Shown: positions 49,169 through 52,942 of the stretch, in pieces
Layout of the letters: each line of letters starts with the position of its first letter
Position numbering within the stretch: position 1 is the stretch's first letter
Assembly: GCA_015478735.1 (NCBI GenBank)
Contig: JADMKQ010000238.1
Span: forward strand, 1 to 52,942
Direction of reading: 5' to 3'
DNA: 52,942 nucleotides
DNA from: Sphingorhabdus sp.
Lineage (GTDB): Bacteria; Pseudomonadota; Alphaproteobacteria; Sphingomonadales; Sphingomonadaceae
Program-made: the position numbers and the translations under genes
The notes under the pieces: generated by a model
Database searches by the model: none
The model's input: only the letters and a program-made list of their open reading frames with translations
Told to the model about the DNA's origin: nothing

Positions 49169-49327
49169 ATGCCGAGTTTTTTGAAATCAGATCTGACATA
49201 CAGCCTGAGCGGCGGATTCATTCTTGGCGCGCTTGCTCTGTTTTTCATGCAGCCCGTTGAGGAGCAGCAGGGATATAACCAGTATCAGGCTTCGACTGTC
49301 AGCAACACGCAGCAGATTATAAGCTAG
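49169..49327 (+). CDS. Small single-pass membrane protein (52 aa) upstream of msrA
   Basis: AAGGA RBS then MPSFLKSDLTYSLSGGFILGALALFFMQPVEEQQGYNQYQASTVSNTQQIIS. Not in the ORF track. Confidence 0.65.
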   Translation: MPSFLKSDLTYSLSGGFILGALALFFMQPVEEQQGYNQYQASTVSNTQQIIS

Positions 49328-49354
49328 TTTCGATGGGAAAAGGCAGCGTTTGAT

Positions 49355-50092
49355 ATGAATGGTGCCTTTCCCAAACTAGCCGTTGCTGCCATCAGTCTGG
49401 CCGCTGCCGGTGCGCTGTGGATCGGCATTAACGCTTCCTCTCCCGATAACCGGGAAAGCCTCAATCCATTTACGAATGAAGCGCATGCCGCGGAAAAAGC
49501 AGTTATCATTCCAACTCCAGAAATTGATGCTGCTGAAAAAGGGGCACGTGCGACCGCTATATTTGCCGGTGGCTGTTTCTGGGGCGTGGAAGGTGTGTTT
49601 GCTCATACCAAGGGCGTCATCAGTGCAGTGTCCGGCTATCATGGCGGGAGCGAACGCTCCGCATCCTATAAACTCGTCAGTGCGGGAATGACCAGCCATG
49701 CCGAGGCCGTGCGGGTGGTCTATGATCCCGATGTGGTTAGCTATGGCCAGTTGATGCAGATCTATTTCTCGGTTGTGGCTGATCCCACTATGCTCAATGC
49801 CCAGGGACCGGATCGCGGCAAGCATTATCGTAGTGCGCTGGTCCCGATGAACGATGCACAGGCCAAGGCGGCGCGGGCCTATGTGGCGCAGTTAGGGCAG
49901 GGCAAATACTGGAAGCGGCCCATTGTGACGAAGGTCGAGCCGTATAAAGCCTTTTATCCTGCCGAATCCTATCATCAGGACTTCATGCACAAGAACCCGC
50001 GCAATGCTTATATTGTGCGCTGGGACAAGCCGAAAATTGCTAATCTAAGGCAGCATTTTCCCGGTCTGTATCGTGCCAGGCCGGTAAGCTAG
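49355..50092 (+). CDS. msrA: Peptide-methionine (S)-S-oxide reductase, exported 1-Cys type
   Basis: GGCFWG, HAEAV, QGPDRG..YRS and FYPAESYHQDF, with a hydrophobic N-terminal leader. Confidence 0.95.
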   Translation: MNGAFPKLAVAAISLAAAGALWIGINASSPDNRESLNPFTNEAHAAEKAVIIPTPEIDAAEKGARATAIFAGGCFWGVEGVFAHTKGVISAVSGYHGGSERSASYKLVSAGMTSHAEAVRVVYDPDVVSYGQLMQIYFSVVADPTMLNAQGPDRGKHYRSALVPMNDAQAKAARAYVAQLGQGKYWKRPIVTKVEPYKAFYPAESYHQDFMHKNPRNAYIVRWDKPKIANLRQHFPGLYRARPVS

Positions 50093-50100
50093 TCAGGCTC

Positions 50101-50124
50101 AAACCCCTCCCGTTATGGGAGGGG
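50101..50124 (-). terminator. Intrinsic terminator between convergent msrA and infC
   Basis: 8-bp stem CCCCTCCC/GGGAGGGG, followed by TTT on the minus strand. Confidence 0.7.
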
Positions 50125-50133
50125 ATAAGAATA

Positions 50134-50673
50134 TTATTTAGGGCAAAGCACCATAAGCATTTGCCGGCCTTCCAGCTTCGGATAGGCTTCGACCTTGGCG
50201 GTTTCTTTCATGTCTTCCTGCACCCGCTGCAACAATTGCATACCGAGTTGCTGGTGCGACATTTCGCGGCCACGGAAACGCAGCGTCACTTTGACCTTGT
50301 CGCCATTTTCGATGAACTTGGTGACGTTCTTCATCTTCACGACATAGTCATGGCTGTCGATGTTGGGACGCATCTTGATTTCTTTAACGTCCTGCACCTT
50401 TTGCGTTTTACGCGCAGCATTAGCCTTTTTCTGGGCTTCATACTTGAATTTGCCGACATCCAGAAACTTCGCAACTGGCGGGGAAGCGTTGGGAGAGACC
50501 TCTACAAGGTCGAGGCCAACATCCTTGGCCCGTTCAATCGCTTCGTCTGTGTTCATTACGCCAAGGTTTTCGCCCTTGTCGTCGATGACCCGTACAGTAT
50601 TGGAAATGATCAGATCGTTGAAACGCGGACCGCCTTTGACGGGTGGCGTTGGACGGCGTGGTGGTGCAGCTAT
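50134..50673 (-). CDS. infC: Translation initiation factor IF-3 (ATA start)
   Basis: The frame extends upstream of the track ORF through GPRFNDLI...[13 protein letters not shown] to ATA at 50673, with AGGAG 8 nt upstream. [13 protein letters not shown] and [12 protein letters not shown] motifs. Confidence 0.95.
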   Translation of the reverse strand: MAAPPRRPTPPVKGGPRFNDLIISNTVRVIDDKGENLGVMNTDEAIERAKDVGLDLVEVSPNASPPVAKFLDVGKFKYEAQKKANAARKTQKVQDVKEIKMRPNIDSHDYVVKMKNVTKFIENGDKVKVTLRFRGREMSHQQLGMQLLQRVQEDMKETAKVEAYPKLEGRQMLMVLCPK

Positions 50674-50801
50674 GTTATATACTCCTGATTGATATCATGC
50701 AGCGGCCAATAGCGATAAATCGCATCGGTCGCAAATTGTTCTGTATATTTAATTGCTAACGGCCCACATATCAATGTTACAATTGTAATACACGATCCGG
50801 C

Positions 50802-52808
50802 TCAAGCCGCCCGTCTTTTCAGATCGGGCGCAAGGGCTTCTTCTTTCAGCATGGCGACCGCTTCATCCACGGTGAGGAACATCTGTTCCTTCTGCCCCAG
50901 TTTCCGCAGCGCAACCTTGCCTTCTTCGGCCTCGCGCATACCGACGACCAATATGTTCGGCACCTTGGCCAGCGAATGTTCGCGCACCTTGTAGTTGATT
51001 TTCTCGTTCCGCAGATCGGCTTCCACGCGGATTCCGGCGGCTCTCAGCTTTGCGGTGAGGTCGGCCGCATAATCATTGGCGTCCGTTACAATCGTTGCCA
51101 CAACCGCCTGTGTCGGGGCCAGCCAGACCGGCATACGACCGGCATGATGCTCGATCATGATGCCCAGAAAACGCTCGAACGTGCCCAATATCGCGCGGTG
51201 CAGCATGACGGGGCGGTGGCGCGCGCCATCTTCACCGATATAGCTGGCATCCAGCCGTTCGGGCAGGACATAATCAAGCTGTATCGTGCCGCATTGCCAC
51301 GTCCGGCCAATCGCGTCGGTCAGGTGGAACTCCAGCTTGGGCGAATAGAAAGCGCCTTCACCGGGCAATTCTTCCCATTGATATTCCTCGCCGGCCCGGC
51401 CCGCTTCATGCACAGCATCGCGCAGATTCTGTTCCGCCTTGTCCCACATTTCATCGCTGCCAAAGCGTTTTTCGGGGCGCAGCGCGAGCTTGATCGCATA
51501 GCTTTCAAAGCCCAGATCCTTGTAAATCCCGTCGAGCAGATCACAGAAATGCCGGACTTCATCAACAATCTGGTCTTCGCGGCAGAAAATATGCGCGTCA
51601 TCCTGCGTAAATTGCCGCACACGCAGCAGGCCATGTAAAGCGCCGTGCGGTTCGTTGCGGTGACAGCAGCCAAATTCCGCCATCCGCATCGGCAGGTCGC
51701 GATAGCTTTTAATCCCCTGACGGAAAATCAGAACGTGCGCCGGGCAGTTCATCGGTTTCAGCGCCATCATGTCGGCATCGCCTGATATAACCGGCGCATC
51801 ATCGTCAACGCTAGGCACTTCGTCGGGCACAACGAACATATTTTCGCGATATTTGCCCCAGTGTCCGGATGCTTCCCATTGGCGGGCATCCATGATTTGC
51901 GGGGTTTTCACCTCTTTATAATCCGCAGCGTCCAGCTTGCGGCGCATATAGGCTTCCAGTTCGCGCCACATCACATAGCCCTGGCTGTGCCAGAATACCG
52001 AGCCTTGCGCTTCGGGCTGGAAGTGGAACAGGTCCATTTCCTGACCCAGCTTGCGGTGATCGCGCTTGGCCGCTTCTTCCAGCCGGACGAGATGGGCGCT
52101 GAGCTGTTTCTTGTTGAGCCAGCCCGTGCCGTAAATACGCGATAGCTGAGGATTGCGCTGATCCCCGCGCCAGTAAGCACCCGACACGCGCGTCAGTTGA
52201 AATGCCTGTGGGTCCAGCTTGCCGGTGGAGGCCAGATGCGGGCCGCGGCACATATCCATCCAGTCATCACCGGACCAGTAAACGGAGATTTCTTCGCCTT
52301 CGGGAAGCTCGGCAGCCCATTCGGCCTTGAACGTCTCTCCGTCTTTTTCCCACCGTGCGATCAGGTCGTTACGGTCCCACACTTCGCGGCGCAGCGGTTT
52401 GTCCGCCTTGATGATCCGCCGCATTTCTTCCTCGATCGCGGGCAGGTCGTCGTCGGTAAAAGGATCACCGGCAGGCGCGAAGTCATAATAGAATCCGTCA
52501 TCGGTGGACGGGCCAAAGGTAATCTGCGTGCCGGGATAGAGGTTTTGCACTGCTTCTGCCAAAACATGGGCAAAGTCGTGTCGTGCGAGTTCCAGCGCTT
52601 CCGCTTCGTCACGGGCGGTGATGAGCGCCAACTCGGTATCGACCTCCAACGGACGCATGATGTCGCGGACTTCGCCGTCAATGCGAGCGGCCAAAGCGGC
52701 CTTGGCAAGACCGGGGCCGATGTCGGCGGCTATTTGTGCCGGTGTCGTACCCGATGCCACTTCGCGCGCGCTGCCGTCGGGAAGGGTGATTTTTATCATC
52801 TTGGTCAT
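50802..52808 (-). CDS. thrS: Threonine--tRNA ligase
   Basis: TGS domain, [35 protein letters not shown] and [11 protein letters not shown]. Confidence 0.99.
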   Translation of the reverse strand: MTKMIKITLPDGSAREVASGTTPAQIAADIGPGLAKAALAARIDGEVRDIMRPLEVDTELALITARDEAEALELARHDFAHVLAEAVQNLYPGTQITFGPSTDDGFYYDFAPAGDPFTDDDLPAIEEEMRRIIKADKPLRREVWDRNDLIARWEKDGETFKAEWAAELPEGEEISVYWSGDDWMDMCRGPHLASTGKLDPQAFQLTRVSGAYWRGDQRNPQLSRIYGTGWLNKKQLSAHLVRLEEAAKRDHRKLGQEMDLFHFQPEAQGSVFWHSQGYVMWRELEAYMRRKLDAADYKEVKTPQIMDARQWEASGHWGKYRENMFVVPDEVPSVDDDAPVISGDADMMALKPMNCPAHVLIFRQGIKSYRDLPMRMAEFGCCHRNEPHGALHGLLRVRQFTQDDAHIFCREDQIVDEVRHFCDLLDGIYKDLGFESYAIKLALRPEKRFGSDEMWDKAEQNLRDAVHEAGRAGEEYQWEELPGEGAFYSPKLEFHLTDAIGRTWQCGTIQLDYVLPERLDASYIGEDGARHRPVMLHRAILGTFERFLGIMIEHHAGRMPVWLAPTQAVVATIVTDANDYAADLTAKLRAAGIRVEADLRNEKINYKVREHSLAKVPNILVVGMREAEEGKVALRKLGQKEQMFLTVDEAVAMLKEEALAPDLKRRAA

Positions 52809-52942
52809 CGGTACATGTATCTCTTAATTTTTCAAAGTTCACAAAGTTCACACCAAGGAACCGCGCAAATCCGCGATTCTGGTCTTTGGTTGCCTTATGC
52901 CGTGGACAGCCCAAGTCAGCCGCCGCTTTCATAGCGGGATGG

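Noticed and set aside
52833-52852. 9-bp tandem repeat CAAAGTTCA x2 upstream of thrS as a LexA box or thrS operator
   Set aside because: GTTC spacing is 5 rather than 7, no anticodon-mimic hairpin was identifiable, and two short copies can be chance.

Overview
A mostly chromosomal, core-genome window from an alphaproteobacterium. Gene order, a GTTC-N7-GTTC LexA box, Flp pilins and the DUF1178-nitrilase-grxC-comF block suggest Sphingomonadales (inference). Housekeeping genes include radA-cvpA, aroK-aroB, xerD-accA, mutT, comF, grxC, tRNA-Arg(CCT), fadH, a pabB-pabC fusion, metY, an aspartate aminotransferase, msrA, infC (ATA start) and thrS. Four accessory-type modules are present. (1) A TetR-controlled TonB receptor / alpha-beta hydrolase / MFS operon with a clear operator, hypothesised to scavenge 3-hydroxybutyrate oligomers or similar esters. 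(2) Directly after the tRNA, a Fur-boxed TonB receptor divergent from a PepSY-TM/DUF2271/DUF4198/ApbE flavinylation operon with variant motifs. (3) An orphan FapF-like outer-membrane pore co-oriented with an atypical Crp/Fnr regulator and divergent from a LuxR-HTH-only protein. (4) An Lrp-linked bacterial indoleamine 2,3-dioxygenase convergent on an NRDE/TANGO2 gene. Several elements are missing or mis-started in the ORF track: two Flp pilins, two small membrane proteins, the true infC N-terminus, a probable antiporter deletion scar and two different palindromic intergenic repeats. No CRISPR array, IS transposase, prophage or recognisable defence system was seen. All family assignments come from motif recognition, not database searches.
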